DNA of 64,000 bases from NCBI GenBank assembly GCA_019359235.1, contig JAHHHT010000036.1:24245-88244 (forward strand). The letters run 5' to 3'. Source of the stretch: Oscillatoria princeps RMCB-10 (GTDB taxonomy: Bacteria; Cyanobacteriota; Cyanobacteriia; Cyanobacteriales; Oscillatoriaceae). The translations under genes and the position numbers were made by a program. Each line of letters begins with the position of its first letter. Positions within the stretch are counted from its first letter, which is position 1. The notes under the pieces are model-generated. The model was not told where the DNA came from, ran no database searches, and saw only the letters and a list, made by a program, of their open reading frames with translations. Below, piece by piece: positions 39,803-48,720 of this stretch.

Positions 39803-39914
39803 TTCTCTTCTGGTTGATTCACCTTAATAATGAACCGCCAAGAGGGTAGGGTGCGTTCCGCTAAGCGGAACGCACCCTACTCAATTTTAAAGGAGGGAAA
39901 GGGAGAAAGGGCTG

Positions 39915-41738
39915 CTAAGCGCTGACAAAGGAAACGGCGACGCGAAATCCGAAGCGGTTATTGCGAATTTCCGGCACTACTCTGCAGCGGAAAGCGGAAC
40001 GGCAATCCCTGGGGTTGCTGAACCAAGAACCCCCGCGCAGCAACCGGCGATATTGATTTCCACCGGCATCCCAAACACCCCCATCAGCTAGCGCACCTGT
40101 GTAATTATCATGCCACGGATCGGCGCACCACTCCCAGACATTCCCGTGGGTGTCGTACAAACCAAAAGTGTTGGCTGGAAAACTCCCCACATCCGCTGTC
40201 TGTTTGCTATAGATTCCTTTGGGTTCAGAAGCGTAAATATAGTGACCGTGATAATTAGCTAATTCAGTCGTAACTGTCTCGCCAAAGTGGAAAGGTGTAG
40301 TGCAGGCGTCCTCGCCTGTACCTATTTTATAGGCGTCCTCGCCCGCACACGCGCGACAGGCGTATTCCCATTCCGCCTCGCTGGGTAAGCGGTAGTTGCG
40401 CCCGGTTGCTTGGGACAGTCGCGCACAAAATTCGGCAGCCTCGTTCCAGGATACATTCTCCACCGGCCTGTTTGCGCCTTTGAAATAAGACGGATCGGGA
40501 TTTAAATCCAGGTACACCTTGGGTAAAGCTGCGACAGCTTTCCACTGCGCCTGAGTTATGGGATATTTCCCCATAAAAAAGGGTTGCACTTTTACCAGGT
40601 GCTGCGGGCTTTCCTCATTATATCGCCCTGACTCAGTTTTTGGGGAACCCATCAGGAAAGTTCCCCCCGGAATTGACACCATTTCCAGGTTCAACCCGCC
40701 TCCCAAGTCATGGGCAAAGTATTCCGCTTGCCGGCGCGTGCGGTTGATTTCTCGCCCGTGCGCGTCTACCGTGATTGCGTCGAAGGCAAAAAACTGCAAG
40801 GGTGTTTTGCCTGAGGGGGGAGAGGTGCTAACCGAAATGGGCAATCCCGACGTGACGAATCCAATCCCGACAAAACCGGCTGCTTTAAAAAGTTGCCGGC
40901 GCGTTGGGGAATCCTCTTTCATCAGGGAGGAAACAGCTTGCAGCGCTTCCACTGCAGACGGGTAGCGCAGGCGAGAGTCACAGCGCACCATTGTGTCTAA
41001 AATCTTTGCCAGCTGGGGGCTAACTTGCACTTTGTTGCGCCAGATAATGTCACCCGTCTGGGGATTTTCTGGCAATCGCCGGGGAAAGATGCCGGTGAGC
41101 GCTTGTATTGCAGTCATTCCCAGCGCGTAAACATCGCTGCTAAACTGGGGTTTGCCCTTCGCTTGCTCACCCGGCATGTATCCGGGGGTGCCAATCCCAA
41201 CGGTCAAACTCGTCTGAGCTGGCGCATTTGCCACTTGGGTGCAGACTTGCTTAATTGCGGCAAAGTCTATCAAGACGATTTTACCATCTTGGCGGCGTCG
41301 GATTAAGTTTGCCGGTTTGATATCGCGGTGGATGACACCTTCTTTATGCGCGTGAGAAAGGACTGTCAGCACATCCAGCAAAAAGGCAATCGTCCGTTCT
41401 TCAGTCCACCGGCATCCCGGTTTGATTTCCGCAGACAGGTTCTCTCCTTCTATAAATTCTCGCACGAGATAGAACTCTTGATTCTCCTCGAAGTGAGCCA
41501 AAAATCCGGGAATTTGGTCGTGTTCGCCCAATTTCTGGAGGAGTTTAGCTTCCGTGTCGAATAGGGTTCTGGCAATCTCCAACGCGGACAGATTGTTGGA
41601 CAGGGGTTTGAGCTGTTTGACGACGCACGCAGGACTATCTGGTAACTGGGTGTCTGAGGCGAGGAAAGTTGACCCAAATCCTCCGCCTCCCAAGTGTTTG
41701 ACGATCTTATAGCGCCCCGCAAGGGTTGTTCCCAACAT
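39915..41738 (-). CDS. Ser/Thr protein kinase fused to C-terminal FGE-sulfatase (formylglycine-generating-enzyme-like) domain
   Basis: 607 aa; kinase subdomains GGGGFGSTF...VVKQL, HRDIKPANL, DFAAIK. The C-terminal FGE fold has RLPSEAEWEYACRA, HGNVWEWCADPWH and RGGSWFSNPRDCRSAFR. Confidence 0.9.
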   Translation of the reverse strand: MLGTTLAGRYKIVKHLGGGGFGSTFLASDTQLPDSPACVVKQLKPLSNNLSALEIARTLFDTEAKLLQKLGEHDQIPGFLAHFEENQEFYLVREFIEGENLSAEIKPGCRWTEERTIAFLLDVLTVLSHAHKEGVIHRDIKPANLIRRRQDGKIVLIDFAAIKQVCTQVANAPAQTSLTVGIGTPGYMPGEQAKGKPQFSSDVYALGMTAIQALTGIFPRRLPENPQTGDIIWRNKVQVSPQLAKILDTMVRCDSRLRYPSAVEALQAVSSLMKEDSPTRRQLFKAAGFVGIGFVTSGLPISVSTSPPSGKTPLQFFAFDAITVDAHGREINRTRRQAEYFAHDLGGGLNLEMVSIPGGTFLMGSPKTESGRYNEESPQHLVKVQPFFMGKYPITQAQWKAVAALPKVYLDLNPDPSYFKGANRPVENVSWNEAAEFCARLSQATGRNYRLPSEAEWEYACRACAGEDAYKIGTGEDACTTPFHFGETVTTELANYHGHYIYASEPKGIYSKQTADVGSFPANTFGLYDTHGNVWEWCADPWHDNYTGALADGGVWDAGGNQYRRLLRGGSWFSNPRDCRSAFRCRVVPEIRNNRFGFRVAVSFVSA

Positions 41739-42019
41739 GTGTTTTATGCAGTTTATGGCAAGTTTCTATCCAGGATAGAGCCTTTGGGCACAAATGTCAA
41801 TCCCCCTGGGTTTTCTAATTTTGTTTATCTCGCTACATTTAGGGTTTATTATACTGCATATCGGCGCGGATAAATGCAGCCGTTTCTGAAAATTATCGGC
41901 GTCCATCTGCGTTCATCTGCGGTTAAACTTTCTAAAAAAAAAATCGCGGTTCGCTTACGCGAGAGTGAAGAGGGAAGAGGGAAGAAGGGTAAAGGGCAAA
42001 AGGGGAAGAAGATAAAGGG

Positions 42020-43873
42020 TTAAGGAGTCCTCGCCAAAGAAAAGGCTACGCGAAAACCGCAGTTATTCTTGCGATGGTCTGGCCCAACCCCGCTACGGTA
42101 AGCCGAACGGCAACGCCAGGGTATGTTCTCCCAAGAAGCTCCAGGCGCCACAAAATGTTTTAGATCGGCTTCCCAGACACTCCCATCAGACGGCGCACCA
42201 ATATAATTACCGTGCCACGGATCGGCGCACAATTCCCAGACATTCCCGTGCATCTCGTATAGCCCAAAGGCGTTCGGCGGAAACCTGCCCACATCTGTTG
42301 TCCCTCCGTTATTGTGTAAATAGTTAGCCAAATCGGGGGTAATCGTCTCGCCGAAGTGGAATGGAGTTGTGGTTCCTGCGCGACAGGCGTATTCCCACTC
42401 CGCCTCGCTGGGGAGTCGGTAGTTGCGCCCGGTTGCTTGGAAAAGTCGGGCACAAAATTCCACCATCTCGTTCCAGGATACTTGCTCCACCGGCCTATTT
42501 GCGCCTTTGAAATAAGAAGGTTCGGGATTTAAGTCGCGGCTGACTTTGGGTAAAGAGGCGACAGCTTTCCACTGCGCCTGAGTTACAGTATATTTGCCCA
42601 TAAAAAAGGGTTTCACTGTTACCCAGTGCTGTGGTTTTTCACGGTTTTCGTCGTCTTCGCTTGGCGGGGAACCCATCAGAAAGGTTCCCCCCGGAATCGA
42701 CACCATTTCTAAAATCACTCCGTCTCCTACGTCATGGGGAAAGAATTCAGCTTGCTGGCGCGTGCGGTTGATTTCTCGCCCCCCCGCGTCTACTGTGATT
42801 ACATCGAAGGTAAAAGTTTGCAAAGGGGAAACCTCAACAATTGTGGAAGAGGGAGAAGTCGTGAAAACCTGACGGGCGAATACCGACGCCACAAATCCCC
42901 CACCGGCAAATCCCGCCAGCTTGAAAACTTGCCGGCGCGTCAGGGGGGAATTCGGTTTTGTCAAAGAAGAAACCGCTTGCAGCGCCTCAGATGCTGACGA
43001 GTAGCGCTGGCGGTAATCATAGCGCACCATTTTATCTAAAATGTTTGCCAACTTCGGACTAACTTGCGCCCTGTTGCGCCAGAGAATTTCACCCGTCTGC
43101 GGATCTTCTGGCAATTGCCTCGGGGGGATGCCGGTGAGGGCTTGAATTGCCGTGATTCCCAGGGCGTAAACATCGCTGCTCAACTGGGGTTTGCCCTGAG
43201 CTTGCTCACTCGGCATGTATCCGGGGGTGCCAATCCCAACTGTCAAACTCGTCTGACTCTGCTGCGCATTGGGCACCTGCGTGCTGACTTGCTTAATTGC
43301 CCCAAAGTCTATCAAGATGATTTTCCCATCTTGGCGGCGTCGGATTAAGTTTGCCGGTTTGATATCGCGGTGGATGACACCCTCCTGATGGGCGTAAGAA
43401 AGGGCTGTCAGCACCTCCAGCAAAAAGGCAATCACCCGTTCTTCTGCCCACTTGCATCCCGGTTTGATTTCCTCGCACAGACTGTCGCCCTCGATGAATT
43501 GCTGCACTAGATAGAATTCTTGATTTTCCTCAAAGTGAGCCAAAAGGCTGGGAATTTGGTCGTGTTCGCCCAATTTCTGGAGAACCCTAGCTTCGGTGTT
43601 GAATAACCGTCTGGCAATCTTCAGGGTAGACGGATCGTTCGACTGGGGTTTGAGCTGTTTAACGACGCACACAGGATTGTCTGGTAGCTGCGTGTCTGAG
43701 GCTAGGAAAGTTTGGCCAAATCCCCCGCCTCCCAGATATTTGACGATTTTATAGTGCCTCTTAAGGGTTCGTCCCAACATGGCTTTGATGCAGTGTCTGG
43801 CAAGTTTTTCTCCAGCATACAGCCTTTTGCCACAAATGTCAATCCCCTTTTTGGCAAAAGTTTTCACCCTCAC
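42020..43873 (-). CDS. Ser/Thr protein kinase::FGE-sulfatase fusion, tandem paralog (likely start at internal Met, coordinate 43780)
   Basis: 617-aa ORF. The sequence from MLGRTLKRHYKIVKYLGGGGFGQTF onward is collinear with the downstream paralog (about 70% identity by eye). The 31 aa before it are probably not translated. Confidence 0.9.
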   Translation of the reverse strand: MRVKTFAKKGIDICGKRLYAGEKLARHCIKAMLGRTLKRHYKIVKYLGGGGFGQTFLASDTQLPDNPVCVVKQLKPQSNDPSTLKIARRLFNTEARVLQKLGEHDQIPSLLAHFEENQEFYLVQQFIEGDSLCEEIKPGCKWAEERVIAFLLEVLTALSYAHQEGVIHRDIKPANLIRRRQDGKIILIDFGAIKQVSTQVPNAQQSQTSLTVGIGTPGYMPSEQAQGKPQLSSDVYALGITAIQALTGIPPRQLPEDPQTGEILWRNRAQVSPKLANILDKMVRYDYRQRYSSASEALQAVSSLTKPNSPLTRRQVFKLAGFAGGGFVASVFARQVFTTSPSSTIVEVSPLQTFTFDVITVDAGGREINRTRQQAEFFPHDVGDGVILEMVSIPGGTFLMGSPPSEDDENREKPQHWVTVKPFFMGKYTVTQAQWKAVASLPKVSRDLNPEPSYFKGANRPVEQVSWNEMVEFCARLFQATGRNYRLPSEAEWEYACRAGTTTPFHFGETITPDLANYLHNNGGTTDVGRFPPNAFGLYEMHGNVWELCADPWHGNYIGAPSDGSVWEADLKHFVAPGASWENIPWRCRSAYRSGVGPDHRKNNCGFRVAFSLARTP

Positions 43874-43899
43874 CCCCTACCTCTTTCTCCCTAGTTCGG

Positions 43900-43985
43900 A
43901 TAGGGTGTCCTTGGGTTAAGACGTAGGACAGGCGTCTCGCCTGTCCCTATCCTTACTAACAAGTGAGATGCCTTGTCTGGGAAGG
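43900..43985. repeat. GGACAGGCGAGACGCCTGTCC-family repeat
   Basis: gacgtaggacaggcgtctcgcctgtccctatccttactaacaagtgagatgccttgtctgg is near-identical to the copy at 8436-8520. Confidence 0.8.
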
Positions 43986-44005
43986 TGTTCCCTTCTGCAA
44001 TAAAT

Positions 44006-45649
44006 CTACAGGCTCTTAATGCTCAAATCCACATCTGCCGGGGTAAAATATAACTGGGCGCTGCCCTCGCTCAAGGCGGCAATGGCATCCTGTTTCCGCA
44101 AAGTATTAAAAATCGCCAGCTTGTCCGATTTTGACATGCCATTACCCAACCCGTCAAAGAACGCCCTGACGCGAATTGCCTCCGCCTCACCGGCAGTTAG
44201 CGCTTCGGTTTGCGCGTGCTCCCGGCGCAAGTCCAGCAGCTGTCCCTTCTGCCGCTCAACTTCAATCTCCCCCTCTATCTCCTTAAGTTTAACATCATTA
44301 TCGCCCTCCTGTTTCTGCAGCCGGTTCAGCCGGTTCGTCGTCTCCTGAATAATCTCTATCAAAATCCGCTGCGTGTCCGGATCTTTGCAAGCGACTGAGC
44401 GCACTTCCACCGCATGAAGCGCCACCCCACGATCGGCATAAAAGCTGTCCTCCACCCCCAGCACCGCTTGTCTGACTATGGCATTAAACCCCGCCAGAAA
44501 TCTTTCCAGCGATACCTGCGATACGGACTGAATAATCAGGCTGCGGACGTGGGCGCAAATCGCGCCGCTGGTATCGTCTGTCGCCTGCACCATCGCCGCC
44601 ACATCCACAATCTGCCAGAAGAAGGTCAAGCCGATAATTAATTCTACATTATCCTGCGTTCGCGTTTCAAATTCGTACCACATAAACTTGGGTCGCCCGT
44701 CAATGTGGGTGAAGATGAGATTTTTCTCGTCTTTGTGCAGCCCGCTGGCCCACCGGAATTCCACCAGCTCCTCATACGGCTGCAAAAAGAAAGACCGTTC
44801 GGCGTCAGTTCCCTGTTTTATGCTATAATCGCCAAAGCGGTCTTTGACGACGACCGTTTCGTGATTCTCCAGCAAGATGCGCCGGCGCACTTCTACGATT
44901 TTTTGATTCGCCTCCGGAGAGAAAACCTGCGGTTCTGTTATCAATTCTAGGGTGCCGGTTTGCGTGTCTCGCACCAGCACTGCCGTGTGTTCGTCAATAT
45001 TGACCCCTTCCCCGATGCTGCCTAAAATCTCTTCCGCCGGATTGAGGTAGAAACTCCTCTCGCCCCGCTCAACGCGAATCATGCCGGTGCTTTTATCAAT
45101 CACCTTGACATATTGATTTTGCTGCAGTAAAATAGGCTTGCGGAGTTCGACAATTTCCTGATTGGCAGCTGGAATGAACACTTGGGGTTGGGAAATCAGC
45201 TGCAGCTGGCCGGTGGAAATATCTCGCACCAGCACCGCTGTTTGCTCATCAATATTGACTCCCTCCCGCACCGGCTCCAAAATCTCTTCAGTGGGGTTGA
45301 GACAGACACTGCGATCGCCCCTTTCCACCCGAATCGCGCCGGTGCGCTTGTCAATCAGCCGGATGTACTGGTTGCTCTTCAGGGGAATGGCGGACCGCTG
45401 TTCCAGGATTTCCTCACTCGCCGCCGGGAAGAACAGCTTGGGGCCAAATTCGTTGCGCAACTCGCCGGTGAGGGTGTCGCGCAGGCGCAGGTAGTCCGTA
45501 GGGCCAAGGGTTTTGGCCTTGCGGCGCTGCACCCGCCACCAGGGCTGGGAGTAAAACACGGCGGGTCCATTCACTGTCCACCGGCGCGTGAAGCCCTCGA
45601 CGATCAGCTGTTCGTCTTCTTTGAGATAATAGATCCAGGGCAAAAACAT
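44006..45649 (-). CDS. major-vault-protein (MVP) repeat / SPFH (band-7)-like domain protein
   Basis: 547 aa. It has three tandem repeats of about 55 aa (QYIRLIDKRTGAIRVERGDRSVCLNPTEEILE.. / QYVKVIDKSTGMIRVERGERSFYLNPAEEILG.. / ETVVVKDRFGDYSIKQG..ERSFFLQPYEEL), as in MVP shoulder repeats. These are followed by an SPFH-like core and a coiled-coil tail. Confidence 0.65.
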   Translation of the reverse strand: MFLPWIYYLKEDEQLIVEGFTRRWTVNGPAVFYSQPWWRVQRRKAKTLGPTDYLRLRDTLTGELRNEFGPKLFFPAASEEILEQRSAIPLKSNQYIRLIDKRTGAIRVERGDRSVCLNPTEEILEPVREGVNIDEQTAVLVRDISTGQLQLISQPQVFIPAANQEIVELRKPILLQQNQYVKVIDKSTGMIRVERGERSFYLNPAEEILGSIGEGVNIDEHTAVLVRDTQTGTLELITEPQVFSPEANQKIVEVRRRILLENHETVVVKDRFGDYSIKQGTDAERSFFLQPYEELVEFRWASGLHKDEKNLIFTHIDGRPKFMWYEFETRTQDNVELIIGLTFFWQIVDVAAMVQATDDTSGAICAHVRSLIIQSVSQVSLERFLAGFNAIVRQAVLGVEDSFYADRGVALHAVEVRSVACKDPDTQRILIEIIQETTNRLNRLQKQEGDNDVKLKEIEGEIEVERQKGQLLDLRREHAQTEALTAGEAEAIRVRAFFDGLGNGMSKSDKLAIFNTLRKQDAIAALSEGSAQLYFTPADVDLSIKSL

Positions 45650-45963
45650 GGTAAAATCTGTTAAAGAACTACAGATATTCTGCCCGTTTGCTTGCCGCCA
45701 GTTTGCAGCGCCGTCACCGGCACAGGGGAAACCAGCCGGTGGGGGCGCAGAATTTTCAAGCGCTGTTGCGGCGCGATACTAAAATAGCCAAGTTCCCAGT
45801 TACAGGTCATTGCAATCCAGATCCCCCCAAACCCCCCTTAAAAAGGGGGGCTTTGACGGTGTTCCCCCCCTTTTTAAGGGGGGGCTAGGGGGGGATATCG
45901 CCTGAGTCACTTGTATCTAGCAACTTAAGTTAAAATGTAGAGGGTTTAAGGTTTTGTGAGAAT

Positions 45964-46584
45964 TTGATGATGATTTCCGGGTTGCGGTTGGTGAAAAGTT
46001 TTGTCGCGGGTGCGGGATCGGGCTGCCGGTGGCGGCGGGCTGTGTCGAGCTTCCTGCTGGCGCTCGTCGCGGCGGTGAGTTTCCTGCTGCTGGTGGGCGC
46101 ACCGCCGGCACTGGCCGGTATAAACGATGACAAATTCGACGGCAATATTTTCGTTCTCTATGCCGGCAATGGCTCTCTGGTGCCGCCGAGAGTGAAGCTG
46201 GCAGATTCCCTCAAGCAAAGCAAGCCGGCCATCCTGACATTCTATGTCGATGACAGCAGCGACTGCAAGAAATTTGCCACCGTCGTCTCCCGACTGCAAG
46301 AGTTCTACGGGCGGGCGGCTGACATTATCGCCGTGAATGTGGATGCCATTCCGCCCAAATCCAGTTATGATAAGACGGAACCGGGCTATTACTACGAAGG
46401 CGTCGTCCCCCAAACCGCGATAATTGACCAGTCGGGCAACGTGGTGTTTAACGCCAAGGGGCAAGTGCCCTATGAGGAAATAGACGACGTATTGCGGAAA
46501 GTATTTGATTTGCTGCCCCGTTCCGAATCCGCTGAGCTGAAGCGGCGGTCGTTCAACGAGTTTAACAGCGAGTTGAGTAAGTAG
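45964..46584 (+). CDS. thioredoxin-fold (TlpA/TxlA-like) membrane-anchored protein without CxxC
   Basis: 206 aa; N-terminal anchor AVSSFLLALVAAVSFLLLVGA, then ILTFYVDDSSDCKKFATVV...TAIIDQSGNVVFNAKG, a thioredoxin-like beta-alpha-beta layout. Confidence 0.55.
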   Translation: MMMISGLRLVKSFVAGAGSGCRWRRAVSSFLLALVAAVSFLLLVGAPPALAGINDDKFDGNIFVLYAGNGSLVPPRVKLADSLKQSKPAILTFYVDDSSDCKKFATVVSRLQEFYGRAADIIAVNVDAIPPKSSYDKTEPGYYYEGVVPQTAIIDQSGNVVFNAKGQVPYEEIDDVLRKVFDLLPRSESAELKRRSFNEFNSELSK

Positions 46585-46708
46585 GCAGAAAAAAAAGCCC
46601 TTCCGGGCACCCCTTCCTTCCCCGCCGGCTGTGAAAAATCAGCATTTCCTGACAGCCGGCGCTTAATTGTGCGCTCGCAGACAGAATTGAAAATCTCCCC
46701 TGCCGATA

Positions 46709-47392
46709 ATGTCCGGAACTTACATAGCAGCCACCGGCATACAGAGGTTAAACTATCCGAAACTGCGACCAGATGGTGTTCTGATGACAAAATACAGCAC
46801 GCAGGAGCTAATCAAAATCTTGGCTGACGAGCGCCGCGCCTGCCTGAAGGGACAGCGCCTTAACCTGGCTGCGGCTCCTTCTACAGGCAACCCTGTAATC
46901 GACAAGTTTCTCAAAGCGGAGGGGTTCCAAAAGTTCACAGCCTATCAAGATTTTAAAGCCACCGTCCACCGCTACCAGATCGAGCATCAGGTATCGGGGA
47001 TTGTCTGGCGTCAGCTGACGCTCAAGGGCAAGACTGTGGGCATCCCCCAAGTGGACGACCAGCTGATTGCCCTCCCCAGCGACATCCAGACGCTGAAGAA
47101 GGCTAAGCCTAAAATCCTGGCATTCTGGAATCAAGTGACAGCGGGGATGGACTTGTACCTGAGCGTTCACGGCGGCAAAGATTACCGGCAAGTCCAGCTG
47201 GCTGATGTAGACCAGATAGCCCTGGGCACGGAATGGGCCTGCTTGTGCGCGTGGGAGAACAGACATTTCCTGGAAATCGTCTTGCAGCTGGCATGGGGAA
47301 AGCCAGAGGAAGCCGCTTACCGGCGGGGGTGGCCAGATTCTGGCAGCGAGTATATCCATGCCGTAAATCCAGGCTGCCGGCCCATTTGTTAA
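46709..47392 (+). CDS. hypothetical protein (likely start at internal Met, coordinate 46784)
   Basis: 227-aa ORF with coherent composition (MTKYSTQELIKILADERRACLKGQ...). No domain is recognised. Confidence 0.5.
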   Translation: MSGTYIAATGIQRLNYPKLRPDGVLMTKYSTQELIKILADERRACLKGQRLNLAAAPSTGNPVIDKFLKAEGFQKFTAYQDFKATVHRYQIEHQVSGIVWRQLTLKGKTVGIPQVDDQLIALPSDIQTLKKAKPKILAFWNQVTAGMDLYLSVHGGKDYRQVQLADVDQIALGTEWACLCAWENRHFLEIVLQLAWGKPEEAAYRRGWPDSGSEYIHAVNPGCRPIC

Positions 47393-47491
47393 TATCAATA
47401 TTTAACTCTCTCGTTCCCAGAGGTAGGGTGCGTTCCTTGAGTCCCGCATAGAATCACGGTGCGGAAAAAGCGCGGAACGCACCCTACTCCA

Positions 47492-48535
47492 TCAGGACAA
47501 ACGCTGGCACAGCAGCACGCCAAACCACCGCTGCGGGTCAGTCCAAACTCGCACCGGCACCAACCCTCGCCCTTCCAGGTACTCCTGCATCTCATCCAAA
47601 TCGAACTTGCGCGAAATTTCTGTTAAAATCGTCTCCCCGGCACCCAACTCAACACTTAAATCCAGAGCCCGTAAATAAACCGTTTGCTCTCCCAAACTCC
47701 GCAAGTGCATCTCAATTTGGCGCTGAACTTCATTATAAAAAGCCCAGTGCTCAAATTGCGAAGTATCGAAATTTCCCTCAAAGCGCCAGTTCAGGTGGCG
47801 CAGCATATTCAGATTAAACTCAGACGTCACCCCTTGAGCGTCACTGTAAGCCGGCTCCAGCACCTCCTTTGATTTGTGCAAGTCAATCCCCAGCAGGAAA
47901 AAATCGCCCGCCTGCAGAGCGCCGGCAATTTGCGAGAAAAACACATCGCACTCCTGGCGGTTCAGATTCCCCAAAGTGCTGCCGAGAAAACAAATCATCC
48001 GCGCCGCCAGGGGCGAAGGAGTCAGTTTTGACAGCGCCAGCTCGTAAGTGCTCACCAACCCGTGAACCTCCAGCGACGGATAATCCGCCAGCAGTTCGCG
48101 TGCGCTACTTTCCAGGATGCCGGCACTGACATCAATTGGCAGATAGCGCAGCGGGCAGCCCAACTCGCTGTAAGCGTCCAAAATAATCCGAGTTTTCGTC
48201 GAACTTCCGCTGCCCAGTTCCGCGATTTCGCACTCGCCTGTCAGTTCGGCAATCTCGCCGGCACACCGGCGCAAAATCGCCGCCTCCGTGCGCGTCAAGT
48301 AATATTCCGGCAACTCGCAAATCCGCTCGAACAGCATCGAGCCCCGGTCATCGTAAAAATAGCGCGGCGGCAGAGATTTCGGACTCTCACTAAGCCCGCT
48401 GACGATATCGCTGCCCAGGGTCAATTCTGTTTCCAAAAGCGCAGTCGGACTGAGCAGATGCTCTATGCGCAAACGTTCCTCAGTGGTGCCCGGTTTGCGG
48501 ATACCGGTAGAAGTTAAATTGTTTGGCGATTGCAT
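47492..48535 (-). CDS. egtD: L-histidine N-alpha-methyltransferase (ergothioneine biosynthesis)
   Basis: 347 aa; EgtD hallmark YFYDDRGSMLFERICELPEYYLTRTE plus the SAM-binding GSGSSTKTRIIL. Confidence 0.9.
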   Translation of the reverse strand: MQSPNNLTSTGIRKPGTTEERLRIEHLLSPTALLETELTLGSDIVSGLSESPKSLPPRYFYDDRGSMLFERICELPEYYLTRTEAAILRRCAGEIAELTGECEIAELGSGSSTKTRIILDAYSELGCPLRYLPIDVSAGILESSARELLADYPSLEVHGLVSTYELALSKLTPSPLAARMICFLGSTLGNLNRQECDVFFSQIAGALQAGDFFLLGIDLHKSKEVLEPAYSDAQGVTSEFNLNMLRHLNWRFEGNFDTSQFEHWAFYNEVQRQIEMHLRSLGEQTVYLRALDLSVELGAGETILTEISRKFDLDEMQEYLEGRGLVPVRVWTDPQRWFGVLLCQRLS

Positions 48536-48643
48536 GATAATTCTGCTAGACGCACCAGCGGCTATACAACACAGCCTTTCCCGTCACCCTCACAAGCGTG
48601 ATTTTCCAGGCTGCTCTATTCTCCCACACCGTAATGGGGATTC

Positions 48644-48720
48644 TACAGAAACCCGGTTTCTTGGAGAAACCGGGTTTCTTGGCTGGTTTCTTGGCAGTTT
48701 CTTGGCAGCCCTCCTACCTA
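48644..48720. repeat. GAAACCCGGTTTC palindromes followed by GGTTTCTTGGC tandem units at the egtB 3' end
   Basis: cagaaacccggtttcttggagaaaccgggtttcttggctggtttcttggcagtttcttggcag. Confidence 0.8.

Noticed and set aside
45182-45664. 160-aa plus-strand ORF
   Set aside because: It is antisense to the MVP/SPFH-like gene, with low-complexity Gln/Leu/Gly composition.
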